Translations under genes and position numbers: made by a program
Shown here: positions 24,201 through 35,531 of the stretch, piece by piece
Position numbering within the stretch: the stretch's first letter is position 1
Layout: each line of letters begins with the position of its first letter
The notes under the pieces: generated by a model
Told to the model about the DNA's origin: nothing
Seen by the model: the letters and a program-made list of their open reading frames with translations, nothing else
Database searches by the model: none
Source of the DNA: Lytechinus pictus
Taxonomy: Eukaryota
Length of the DNA stretch: 64,000 bases
Reading direction: 5' to 3'
NCBI RefSeq assembly: GCF_037042905.1
Contig: NC_087263.1
Location: forward strand, 13,330,001-13,394,000

Positions 24201-25289
24201 TACTCTTTTGGTGATGCATTTCTTCTTCTTCATATCTAAGAAAACAACAATAACTGTTTGAATCTTATAGTAGATAAGAGAATTATGTCATTTCACGTAC
24301 AGTTTATGGGAAAAATGTTGAAAACCAAATATTTCGTTTCCTTTTGGATCTTGCACATGCACAAGTTTTAAAAAATATGCCTTTAAAAAGTAAAAAAAAA
24401 ATAATTCACGGATGAAAAATTATCGGTATTTGAAGAGTGAAAGCTTACACAATCCCTATGAAAGATCTATTTACGGGTTGAACCTTGATAAGGAATATGC
24501 TCTGTTGAATAGACGAAATTTGTAGATACAATAATTAACAGAAATTGTGTATTTGTTCCCGCAAAATCTCATTTTCCCCCTTAATAAAACAGGTGCACAT
24601 CAGTATCAAAGTGAACAACTCTTTATTACAGAGGCGTGGGCTAAATATTGAAACAATATGATCTTCCATCTTCGATTTTTAAAGCATCTGGAAAGGCATT
24701 TGTTGCGAATTCTAGCTTTCATCTTCGAGATGTTCGTCATGATCGTGACTGGTCGAGTGGGTATGTATACCTGATGATGTAGTCACACCAACGAAAGGCG
24801 ATGCTAGGTCAATCAAAGATATCAATTTCTTTCCAAAGGCACACCTTAATACTGTCCTTTCGATGTGACTGCGATATGACACCGGCATAGGCGAGATCGA
24901 GGATGAGTCAATCCTTGGTCCGAGAAAGAATGTAAAAATGGTTTCAGAGATATTTATCGAAATTTGCATCTTGGTCAGTAAAAAATGATCACTTAATGGA
25001 GATGGATGACGCGCGCCCTAGTTCTTTATTTCATTTATCATATTTGAATTGAATTTTATTTGGTTTATTTAATTTCTATTCACTCTTTTAAAAATACGAA
25101 TAAAAAACTTAATACAAATAAATGACATAAATTAATACAAATCAATCAAACTTACAGTTTCAAATTGGTAAGAACAATGCCCCCAAAAAAAGAAACTTGA
25201 AGAAAATATAATAAAATGATATATCAATGATGTTGAAATTAAAAAAAGTGCAATATACAAAATTCCATGGTGTTATGATAGATGATAAT

Positions 25290-26480
25290 ATTAGATAGCC
25301 AAGACAGATAGCTAAGCGCGATTGGTCAATTGCGCGTCACGTGATATGATCAAAATCGGTGTAGGTATTGTTGACCAGCTGGTCCATGAATATATTTGTC
25401 TACGTGTCTGGCCCGCTCTCCTTGATTAGATGTTACCAATTACACGAAAATAACATATGTGGGACTAAAGTAGCGATCGTTTGCAATCGATCTACACTCG
25501 ATATCGTTATTGCGATAAATTTTCGGGCCGAGTACAGCGTAATTTAAAAGCGTTGTAGGTGCAGTGGTGGATCTCTGTAGATCCTGAGGCTGAGCCATAA
25601 CTATCACTACACTAGATGAGCAAGGATTTGAGGCCAGGCATAGGCCCTATCATGACGGTTTATATTGAGTCTTTGAGAGCAGTCTTAAACATTACTCTCG
25701 AGTTGACGATGGACACAGCCGACAAATAAGCTTATGCTTGTCAGAGAAATTTCAGTCGAAGGTTAGGCTTTCTAGTAGTAGTACAGGGTCGAAAATTAGT
25801 GCTATTTTTGGTCCTGGTCCTGGATCTAGTTCAGCAAAAGAAAGATCAGGACCACCATGTACAATCAGCAGGCCACCACCTAGTCCTGTTTCATGTCATC
25901 CACCACCAGAATCTGCACCTGATGGTAGGCCTATGGCTCAGCCTCAGGATCTACAGAGATCCACATTTATGATTGGGTCCTGGACCAAGTCCTGGTTCGA
26001 CACCAGATAGATCAGGCTCAGGAAAGTAGGCCGGCATCTAGCCATGTTATATCTCATCCCCAATTTTGTGCATCTGATGTTACGGCTCAGAATCAACATG
26101 AATCTCGGTCAGCCCTATGTCCTGGACTTGGACCGGACTCACAGTCCTCACCTCAAATGAACCTTGTATCAAACAAATTGGATGTGGACCAGAAAAGGGT
26201 CGTACAGTACCACTTGCATCAGTGTACTGTAAACCTGATAAACAAGTAGACAATACTGCACTGCATTTGGAACAGTTGGAATTTCATTGGAATGTAGACT
26301 ACCCCTAGGTCTATTTTCCTTATTGTTACTTCTGGCTTTATCTCTGTTGGAATTTGAATTTTTGCAAGGAATGGATCTGGTAAGTACATTCTATATTTTG
26401 TTAGTTGTAGGGCCTATGTAGATCTAGATCTAGTTTAATCTAGGCCTAGGTCTAGTTTCTAATTAGAGTCTAGAACTTTT
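25290..26480 (+). other. Unclassified element-like block (CCAAT/E-box head, CTAG-rich, Pro/Ser-rich broken ORFs)
   Basis: Head GCGATTGGTCAATTGCGCGTCACGTGA, short ORFs 25738-26010 and 26117-26308, GTAAGT at ~26380, then a CTAGAT-rich tract. Confidence 0.3.
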
Positions 26481-26489
26481 AGAAGAAGA

Positions 26490-26850
26490 ATCTCCATCAT
26501 TTCAGGCTAATTGGACCGCCTACAGGATTTATATTTTCCCTCGGGATCATATTTTCCCTCCCCCCGGGTTCAAGTGAGGAATGGCCAACCTGGCTATGTC
26601 TTAATCGCCTACGGTCTGGGACAGGACGGCCGGTGCAAAGTTCTTATGCAGAAATGGGGCTACAGCATAGATGGGGACACTGCTTGCGAGTGTGGGGAGG
26701 ATCAGACGATGCAACACCTTCTGGTCTACCCCCTCCTACCAGAGCCGTGCACTGCCGAAGATCTGGAGTCCTTTAACCCCAAAGCCATGCAGATCCTGTA
26801 CCCTCCACTGGACAGGTCTTGTGTAGTGACCCGACAAGAAGAAGAAGATG
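26490..26850 (+). mobile_element. Vingi/Ingi-like (I-group) LINE 3' fragment
   Basis: Frameshifted translation WLCLNRLRSGTGR / CKVLMQKWGY..ACECGEDQTMQHLL is a C-terminal zinc-knuckle region; (GAA)n tail. Confidence 0.7.
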
Positions 26851-27560
26851 ATACACTTCCTCCAAACTTTACGTTCTGAGTTTTCATAATTTCATGAATA
26901 AGTTGCCTGAAACATTTGACGGTTATTTTACAACAAATACAAAACAAATACAAAACAAGAAGCATAAACAAATACAAAACAAGAATATCTGATAAACTGT
27001 ATATTCCTTTCTACCGTCATAATTTCTCGAGAACAGTCATAAGTTATGTTGGACCACTCGTATGGAAAAATATGCCCCCTGAAATGAAACAATGTCCTTC
27101 TTTAAATTCGTTTAAAAGAACACGTAAATCTTACCTGTTAAATACTAAATGAATAAGCCTGCCTGTAATTATGTTCTATGTTTTGTTTTTGTTTTGTTTT
27201 TCTACTTTTTATTTTTGCTATTAATTGCTGTTGTTTTGTTCTACCATGGACCTACTGCTGGTTCTACCATTGATTTGGTTTGATTTTGAGATCTTTGTTT
27301 TTCAATCTCAAAAGTTGATTGGAAGATATTGTTTTGTTTTATTATCAGTCATGAATGTAAAAAGGGAGTAGCCTACATAGGCCAATGGCTTTTTGTTACT
27401 CCCTCACATCCCATTCATTACCTTGTGTTTTTTTCTTGTTATTTTTGTCTAAATTGTACAAACTGTCATTGTTGTTTTTACTCTATTGCATTAACTCACT
27501 ATGTATTGTACCCTGTTTTCAAGAGATGTGAAATGAATGAATTGAAATTTTGAATTTGAA
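26851..27560 (+). mobile_element. CR1-group LINE 3' fragment
   Basis: YKTR..LYIPFYRHNFSRTVISYVGPLVWKNMP..LNSFKR..KSYLL is an ORF2 C-terminus; UTR hairpin at 27363-27403; (TGAAT)n-like tail. Confidence 0.85.
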
Positions 27561-28373
27561 TATTGTTTTTGCAACTTTTCATAAATTATACCAAAAAAAA
27601 AATACATAACAAGATATTTGACAAGAATAAAAACAAAATACGAACGAGGTTGTATTTTCTATAACATATAGATTTGAAAATGTTGCAGGGGCTGCCACTA
27701 TTACATGAAGCTTGGCTTGACTTTGCGGCAAGATAAGGTGACATAATTGCTTGGTAAGGGATGTATTCAACTATATTATTTCAAAGCATGGATATGTCAA
27801 AAGCACGCTAAAATAATTATACAGTATTGTCCTCCATGATTTGAAACTTACATTCAGGCGATAGTACGGACTATATACCGAATATGACAATTCCCAGCCT
27901 CTGATTGGTCAAATCTTCAAGCGTTAATGCGTTCGTTTACTCATATCAACATCCTTTTGTAACGCATCTCAACTTATCGCGTCATATATATTTGTTATGT
28001 TTAAATGGAATATTAAACTATCAACCGACCAGCTCACCAGCCAACGCAAATTGTTGGGAAACTATTAGGGATCTATGAATAAGCGAACAACTTCCTGACT
28101 TTCTGGAATTCTCGAACAAGTCACCATTCATCACCGCTAAGGATGCTGGGTAATCCTTGAACTCATACCATGATTACTTGAATGTTTTGGGGCAGGCGGA
28201 GCCAGCGCTTGGATGGCGAGGATCGAGGGGATTAATTGCATGGGGAGTGGGTTAGAAAAAAAATCGTACAGCTAGAGGCAAATTGATATGGTTTAGGCCT
28301 ATGTTTAATGTTCGGTTGATTTTTTTTTATTTCTGAAATCAGTATATTTCAGCCATCACAACAAAAGTATTAA

Positions 28374-28876
28374 AGGAGAAGTTCACCCTGACAAAAAGAT
28401 TATTGTGAAAAAAAGCAGAAAAATAATGAAAAATTATGCCGAAGGTTTGAGTAAAATCCATCAAAGAACAATAAAGTTATTAGACTTTTAATTAGAATTT
28501 TAATTCTTTGATTTGTGACGTCACATGCGAGCAGCTTTCCTGCATATCGTATATGTTAAAAAAACTCAAGGAAATGTCTTTTTCTCAGAAAATTATTGTA
28601 TTTTCTTACTTTATCTTCAGTTTATCAATACACAAATCATTTCACACCTGTTCCTACATAGAAAACGAAAATAGGTAATTACGAACCATTAAAAAATTGA
28701 AATGATTGCATTTCATATTACATAACATAAGGGACAGCTGCTCGTTTATGACGTGACAAATCCAAAACTTAATACTCGAATTTATTTCCTAAATCTTTAA
28801 TGGATTTTCCTCAAACCTTCACCATTTTTTTCAATTATTTTTTTTCTGCCGTTTTACAACAGGGTGAACTTCCCCT
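28374..28876. mobile_element. Kolobok-like MITE with TTAA target duplication
   Basis: TTAA|AGGAGAAGTTCACCCTG ... CAGGGTGAACTTCCCCT|TTAA with long imperfect inverted arms. Confidence 0.88.
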
Positions 28877-28999
28877 TTAAATAAAAGATACAATCAAAGT
28901 TAACAATTTAAAAACTAAATCAAATTAATGGATACAATGAACTCGAACATATTCAAGTATACATACAAAAAAAATGTCGCTTGAAATGTCACCACGCAT

Positions 29000-29335
29000 C
29001 ATTAAAAAAAACCTTCGACCACCAACCTATCAACAGTATAAACCAATGTTTTTAGATTTTGAAATTTGAGAAATCCAAGATATTCAGAAAAATTGTCTGT
29101 GAATGATTCCAAATTGAATAGGCCTAATTCTCACCTTTGTATGCTTTTTGCTTAACTTTATGGTAAACCATTTATCGTCATGAATCAATCTTCAAAGTAA
29201 CATTTGACCAAACTATCAACAATTTTCAACCAACGTTTAAGACTGTAAAATTTAGTAAATATTGAAATCCAAGATATTTAGATTAGCCTTTGAATGATTG
29301 CAAATTGAATAGGTCTAATTCTCACTTTATAATTC
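29000..29335. repeat. ~194-bp two-copy degenerate duplication, possibly within an L1/Tx1 remnant
   Basis: AAATCCAAGATATT..GAATGATT.CAAATTGAATAGG.CTAATTCTCAC at ~29071 and ~29265. Confidence 0.6.
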
Positions 29336-29639
29336 TTGCTAGTCCCATAGAGAACACCTTACAATCAATTATTCATAGCAAACGTATGCCATCTTCCTCC
29401 CAAATGGTGCAATTGTGACGCAACAAACGATGCGTGAATCAACCGTTTGAATTCATCATACCTTTAGTTTTAGTGCTGTTATCGTAGGAAAAGAACCCAT
29501 AATGACTTCAGCGTGGTGTGAGTGGTAAAATTTTCTGTGGATGAGTGGGTGAGTGGTCCAACCATGAAGGCGAACGTGAAGGACATCGATTAGAAACACA
29601 TACCACAGACAGTAGATGATGAATAAGAGCGGATGGGTG

Positions 29640-30017
29640 GGTTTACTTTCATTTGGTCCAATTGCCAACTCGTCTAATATCAGCTGGTCTACCATCACTT
29701 AGTCCAATATCCACATGGTCTAATTACCATTTCGTCCACTCACCATTTCGTCTAATAACCAGAGTTTGTTCCAATAGCCATTTAGTCCATATTTGGTCTA
29801 ATTCGACTAAGTGTTAATTGGGCAAAATGAATGAAAATAAAAGGAGTATTATACCAACTGGCTATGAGACGAAATGGTCATAGACCAACTGGTGATTACA
29901 CGAAGTGATGATTGGACCAAATGGTTGTTATACGAAATATTGATGGACGGAATCGCAAATGAACGCTGACCATGTGGTGACTGGACGAGTTGGCAGTGGA
30001 CGAATTGGCAATTTACC
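29640..30017. mobile_element. Foldback/Mutator-like element with arrays of ~15-16-bp subrepeats
   Basis: The left half repeats CCA-n-T(G/C)GTC(T/C)A and the right half its reverse complement. The flanks GATGGGTG and GGTGGGTG match at 7 of 8 positions (possible target duplication). Confidence 0.8.
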
Positions 30018-30074
30018 GGTGGGTGTGGGGTGGGTTCTTCCGAGAAGGCGAAATGTGGGACATCGAAAGGTGCA

Positions 30075-30231
30075 CAGGGGCCGCGGAAACGGGGGGAGGC
30101 GATGGGTGGACTTCAGCCCCCACTTTTTTTTTATTTTACAAAACCATGTATTAAAACGTAAAATAACCATTTGATTGTCATCTTTGGCATGGTAACCCCC
30201 TTCCACTTACAAAACCGTTCCGCGGCCCCTG
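30075..30231. mobile_element. Short MITE with a GC-rich TIR
   Basis: CAGGGGCCGCGGAAAC ... GTTCCGCGGCCCCTG. Confidence 0.8.
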
Positions 30232-30243
30232 GTACATGACATG

Positions 30244-30455
30244 CACTCTAAAAAAATGTAATGTTAAATCAACAATTTAAAATGTTGGAGGAGTAAAAAC
30301 CTTTTCTAAACGTTGCATTTACCACTTTAAATGGTTCGGGCCTACGCTTAAATTGTTGGATTCAGCTTTATGCAAAGTTGGATTTAACATTTGGAAAAGG
30401 TTGTCACTCCTTCAACCTTTGAAATTTTACTTGACATTTCATTTTTTAGAGACTG
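30244..30455. mobile_element. CACT-type palindromic MITE
   Basis: CACTCTAAAAAAATGTAATGTTAA ... TTGACATTTCATTTTTTAGAG with GGAGT../..ACTCC inverted arms. Confidence 0.7.
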
Positions 30456-31054
30456 TAAAAGTGTATGAAATATAGAGAAAAAAGTAAATCTCCATCATTT
30501 TCATTTTTAGCAGGTGTTTCTTCATTTATTGATAATTTTAACATATGAATCACAGTAATCATAATGCATCTAAAAATGTTCGAAAATAAATGATAGAATT
30601 ACAAATTGTGACTTTTAGACACAATTTGCATAGATATAAGCAATAACAAATAATAAAAAGACATATAACACATTTTTAATGATCAAATATTTCTTACGAT
30701 AACATCAAAAAATTACTATTATTATTATTTTTTTACTTCTATTACCACTACCACTATAGGCCTAACACTTACAGGTGCAGCGCCAAGCAATTTTAGGGGC
30801 AGAGTGCCAAAAATGTGACGCAATTTTTAAAAGAAATATCAAGTTGATAAAAGGGTAACATTAAGTTGCACAATCCAGACCTATTACTATTGTTTAGTAA
30901 TTTAAACAAATGTTTGAACTCTTTTACAACAAAGTCTGTTTAATTTTTAATATTTGATGTTTAATTAATTGAACATGGTTGTTTAAACTGTTTAACAACT
31001 AGTGTAAGGTTCATACAGCAAACTGTGTAAAAGTCTACTTTTACTTCCTTCCAT

Positions 31055-31560
31055 TTCAAGGTTTTATTTTCATTTCCAGCATTACCCTTATAAACAAATA
31101 TAAATCAAACATATGTACATCATAAATATAAACAAATACAAATGAAATATGATAACAACGATTACAGATCAACTACGAATTCCAAAACATTTGTAAAATC
31201 TTGTATGAAAATACTCAATACAATACTCAAAACAATTCAAATGATAATATTCATATATTTATCAAAAGCTTTAAAACTCATCAGTGTGATTGGAATCTGT
31301 TTTTAAAATGATAATAATATAGGAAATTACAAGGAAGTGGTTTTGGACAATCCTTCAAAAGATTGAGAGAATAATTATCAATTGCCTTGTATAAATCATG
31401 TTAATAGGTTATCAATCATTGAAATAGCTTGGCCAAAATATAAACAATACGGATGAACGGAAGTTCTGGTTTTCCGTGTGTCCGAGTTTTTCAAAATATT
31501 ATGATGTACTTTCCATGGACATCAGGAAGTTATCAATTGAATAACGATAAACACATCGAA
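31055..31560 (-). mobile_element. Decayed CR1 3' fragment
   Basis: Minus-strand remnants resembling LPD..KTR..ELPFIR, followed by a T-rich UTR and AATAAA. Confidence 0.5.
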
Positions 31561-31624
31561 TTGATTTACAGATATATATTTTTTTTCAAATCAGCTAACC
31601 AACGAATTTCATGATCGAATTAAT

Positions 31625-31733
31625 GCTGCAGTTACACCTACGAAACCGACTCCAAACCGACCGATGGTCTATCACTGGTAATAACGTAATAGATTTGATC
31701 GGTCTGGAGTCGGTTAACCGGTGTGACCAAGCA
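31625..31733. mobile_element. ~110-bp hairpin MITE (also 41319-41431, 54121-54231, 59117-59233, 59236-59356)
   Basis: GT(C/T)ACAC..AAACCGACTCCAAACCGA..TCGGT..GGAGTCGG..GTGTGAC inverted arms; five copies in the window. Confidence 0.8.
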
Positions 31734-32263
31734 TGATATGAAAGGAGGTGCGGATGTGCCGGATTTTGTTATACACCTCCAGTTAAATTTTCAAAAGGAA
31801 TATTTTGGAGGACCAACATTCAAGTACCAACTGAGTGACAATTTACAAACGTACTCAACATTCACGTAAATGTGTGCCCCAATACCAACATTACCAAAGC
31901 GATCACCATGCACCACCNNNNNNNNNNNNNNNNNNNNNNNNNNNNNNNNNNNNNNNNNNNNNNNNNNNNNNNNNNNNNNNNNNNNNNNNNNNNNNNNNNN
32001 NNNNNNNNNNNNNNNNNNNNNNNNNNNNNNNNNNNNNNNNNNNNNNNNNNNNNNNNNNNNNNNNNNNNNNNNNNNNNNNNNNNNNNNNNNNNNNNNNNNN
32101 NNNNNNNNNNNNNNNNNNNNNNNNNNNNNNNNNNNNNNNNNNNNNNNNNNNNNNNNNNNNNNNNNNNNNNNNNNNNNNNNNNNNNNNNNNNNNNNNNNNN
32201 NNNNNNNNNNCATCAACACAGCCACAACTAACACCACCACCACTATCCTAATGATCATCACTA

Positions 32264-32463
32264 CACTCTAAACAAGGTTTACACAATATTGGGTTAATTG
32301 GGAACATGCATGCTGGTTGGGTAAAAAAATACCCAATATTGGGGAAATTTTACGCAATGTTGTGTTGAAATAGCCCAATATGGGGTGAAAAAATACCCAG
32401 CAAATATGCATGTTCCCTTTTTACTCAATATTGGGTAGAATTTTACTCAGTGTTTTTAGAGTG
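32264..32463. mobile_element. CACT..AGTG MITE with TA duplication
   Basis: TA|CACTCTAAA..TTTAGAGTG|TA with CCCAATATTGGG subrepeats. Confidence 0.8.
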
Positions 32464-32899
32464 TAAGCTCATCAACAACACCGCTACTTCCCTAAGAACA
32501 CATACGATGTGTCCTGATACGACATGTAATGGGACAAATCGAATATGTGTACATTACGAATTTTATGATTATAAGCTCCTCAAAATGATATAAACTCGCC
32601 AAAGTTGCAAAATTTACGATTGGAAAAGAGAATTATTTCTTCGGTGTTTTAATCCAAATTTTTTTTTTAAATGACGGAATGCAAATAATCATGATAAATC
32701 ATAGCAAGTCTCTACATTAACCACTAGAAGTTCTTTAAATTGGATACTATCAAGGATATCTCGAGATATGCAGGTTGCTCAGTAAGGCGGTTCAGTTTTA
32801 ATCTCTAAATTCGATAACTTTAATTACATCATCAATCTCTGTCACATTTTTGGCTCCAATATCTAAGATCCTCCTCTCATTCTCGACAAGCATCCATCA

Positions 32900-33120
32900 T
32901 TTTGGTGACTCACATCAGCTTATTTGCGTAGATATCACCCGGTCTGACCAATCACCGACGAACCTTTTACCGCGTAAAGTTACTCGATGTGGTTTCTGAC
33001 CAATCGGCATCGTCGTACGCCTTATTTGCATAAGAGGGAACTTCGAGTGACCAATCAGCGAACGCGATAGAATAGGGCGTGTAAACGTCGTAAACACCTT
33101 GCGTTGCGTTCACCATACAA
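32900..33120 (+). promoter_or_regulatory. Candidate TATA-less promoter: three CCAAT boxes, octamer, AP-1 and GC-box-like site
   Basis: TGACCAATC with CCAAT at 32948, 33000 and 33051; ATTTGCAT at 33024; ATTTGCGT at 32922; TGACTCA at 32906; AGGGCGTG at ~33074; CpG-rich. Confidence 0.55.
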
Positions 33121-33606
33121 GATTTTGCGCAACTAGAATTGCAATGATGATGATCCTCATACTGTTATTTGCAATCGGTGATTCATTTTCAAAGTTTATT
33201 TCCACTTAGTCAACAGCGAAATTGTTATAACAGCTAACATGTTACACCACCACAATCTTTGAAGACACGTTTGCCTTTTGTGATTAAGAAAGAAATTGAA
33301 ATGGAAAATAAGTAAAAAAAAAAAAAAAAAAAAAGGAAAATCCCTTTTCGCCCTCCCCTCTCCAAGAAAAAAAAGGGAATATCCTAATATTCAGGGGCAG
33401 AATCAAGAGCTTCAGTGGCAACAAAATAATCTAATGAAATCTCAATGAATGACAAAAGAAGAAAGAGGGGGAGGTGGGATAAGAAAGAAAAAAATAATAA
33501 AAAGAAGTGTTAAGTCTTTTAACTCTAGAATATATCGCTTTTTAGTGAGGAAAAAAAAATGATGTGATATCTAAATCGTCTTACCCCCCTCAACCAAAAT
33601 GCCATG

Positions 33607-33825
33607 CAAGTAAAAACGCTGTTTAAGATTTTATACAACGCTGTTTACTATATGAACCTTACAGTATTTGTTTAACCGTTTAAACAATCATGTTTAATTT
33701 ATTGACAATTAGATATTGAAAATTAAACTTTGTTGCTTAAGATTTAAACAGTTGTTTAAACTGTTTAAACAATTATTGTAAGGTTCATATAGTAAACAGC
33801 GTTGTATAATTTTTTTTTTACTGTG
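33607..33825. mobile_element. GTTTAAAC-rich palindromic MITE (related copies ~30865-31035, 48470-48692, 52095-52314)
   Basis: TATACAACGCTGTTTACTATATGAACCTTACA and its reverse complement TGTAAGGTTCATATAGTAAACAGCGTTGTATA. Confidence 0.75.
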
Positions 33826-34544
33826 GTCCAGCCCTTATAATACATGTATGATGAATACTTATATTTGGGGACAGGAAAAGGTATAATATATTTCGTTGGG
33901 CTTACGTGGGTTAAACAGAGGAAGGGAATGCGGCTTCACAAACTAGAAGAAAAAAATAAGGGAAAAAAGGGATGAATGAGAGAATAGAAAGTATCTGAAT
34001 AGTAAGCTTCAGGGAGACTTGAACATGAACAACACGAATGAAGATTCATGAGTTTATGCATCGAAAGTAATTAAAACGGTAACTTAGATTATAATGAATT
34101 CTGTTTAGGGACTTTATTACCGCATGCGCGTCCGCTCCGAAAATTAGTTTTCGCATTCCTTTTGCTCCCTTGACGACACCTTGCTCTCTTACTAGCCAAA
34201 ACATTATCATAATTTGAGTCTTTCTATCAAATTGGTTAAGTCAATTTTGCCTGTTTCTAGATCAACCAACTGAAGACAGGTCGATGACACCGCGTAATGT
34301 CAATTTGAATTGCAAAATGGACTTTCGGTGATGGTTTTTGCGTCGAGTGCGGAATCATTCCGCAATTAATTGAATTGAATTGGACTCCAATTTGAATTCA
34401 TTTAACTTTCGGGAATGCTCCGGCGCGGTTCTCCAAGAATGTTCTTCATGTTCTCGAAGAGAGTTGATGTTTTCTGCTCAGCCATGTATATTATAATGGT
34501 GGTGATTTTTACCTGATTGCTAAGAAAGCATGAACGCTTGTAAG

Positions 34545-34590
34545 CAAGCAACCAGGGGACCGACGGATTAAGGTCCCCTCCGAAGGATAA
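34545..34590 (-). mobile_element. Possible remnant of a conserved SINE central domain (Deu/Meta-type)
   Basis: The reverse complement TCCTTCGGAGGGGACCTTAATCCGTCGGTCCCC resembles the CCTTCGGA..GACGT(T)AA..CCG..GGTCC motif of these SINE superfamilies. Recalled from memory, not aligned. Confidence 0.4.
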
Positions 34591-35319
34591 TACATTTGGA
34601 TGAATATGGAATATTTTGCATGAATTCGTTGAAAGAAATCAATTGATTAAAAAGATCATTTTAGTGAGGACAATCTTGAAATGGAATTGTTAGAAATTTC
34701 AAATTATCACTAAACAATATAAAACTCTTTATAAGGGTGAATGGTCTCGAACTATGAATACTAGTTTCAAAAGTGGCGTGTTCATGGATTATGAATAATG
34801 AAATAGAGGGGTTCAGAGAGATAAAATATCGCGGAAAAACATAAAATATTGGAGTTTCATTCTCTTTGTTGGAACAAAAGAGGGACAATCAACTTTATCT
34901 ATGAACAGATGAATAAAAAGTTTCGCTTTTTATGACATTTATAAAACTCTTCTACTATTTTCTTCGAGCTAAATCATCAAGGGTAAAAAATTAATCTCTG
35001 GATTGAATGAAATCGAGACTATTGCTCACTGAAAAGGGGGAAATATGACACTGACCGCGTCTTCAATGGAAGACAATATCCAATTCTTCTTTTCCTATTC
35101 TTTCGAGGTTTTTTTTGGTCGTTTTGTTGGCCGGAGGTATATAACTCTTGGCCCGGGTTATCGAAACGCTCCAATCAGAGTAATTGGGAGGAATTATGCA
35201 AATTATGATGTTTTATTATGACTCACGACAAGACCGATGAATCATTATTACAAGGCGTCATTTACATGTTGATAGAATTGAAAATGGGGGGGGGGGGGGG
35301 CAAGACATGGAGGGAAAGT

Positions 35320-35494
35320 TAGAGAGAGAGAGATAGATAGATGAATGGAATAGGGAGAGAGAGAGAGGGGGGGGGCAGTAGAGGCTTATATAGGATTAAA
35401 ATGAAGGTGTGGGGCGACAGGAAGGGAGATGGAAAGATAGATAGATAGACAGACATATAGATAGATAGATCGATAGATGATTGATATATAGATT

Positions 35495-35531
<37 letters not shown>

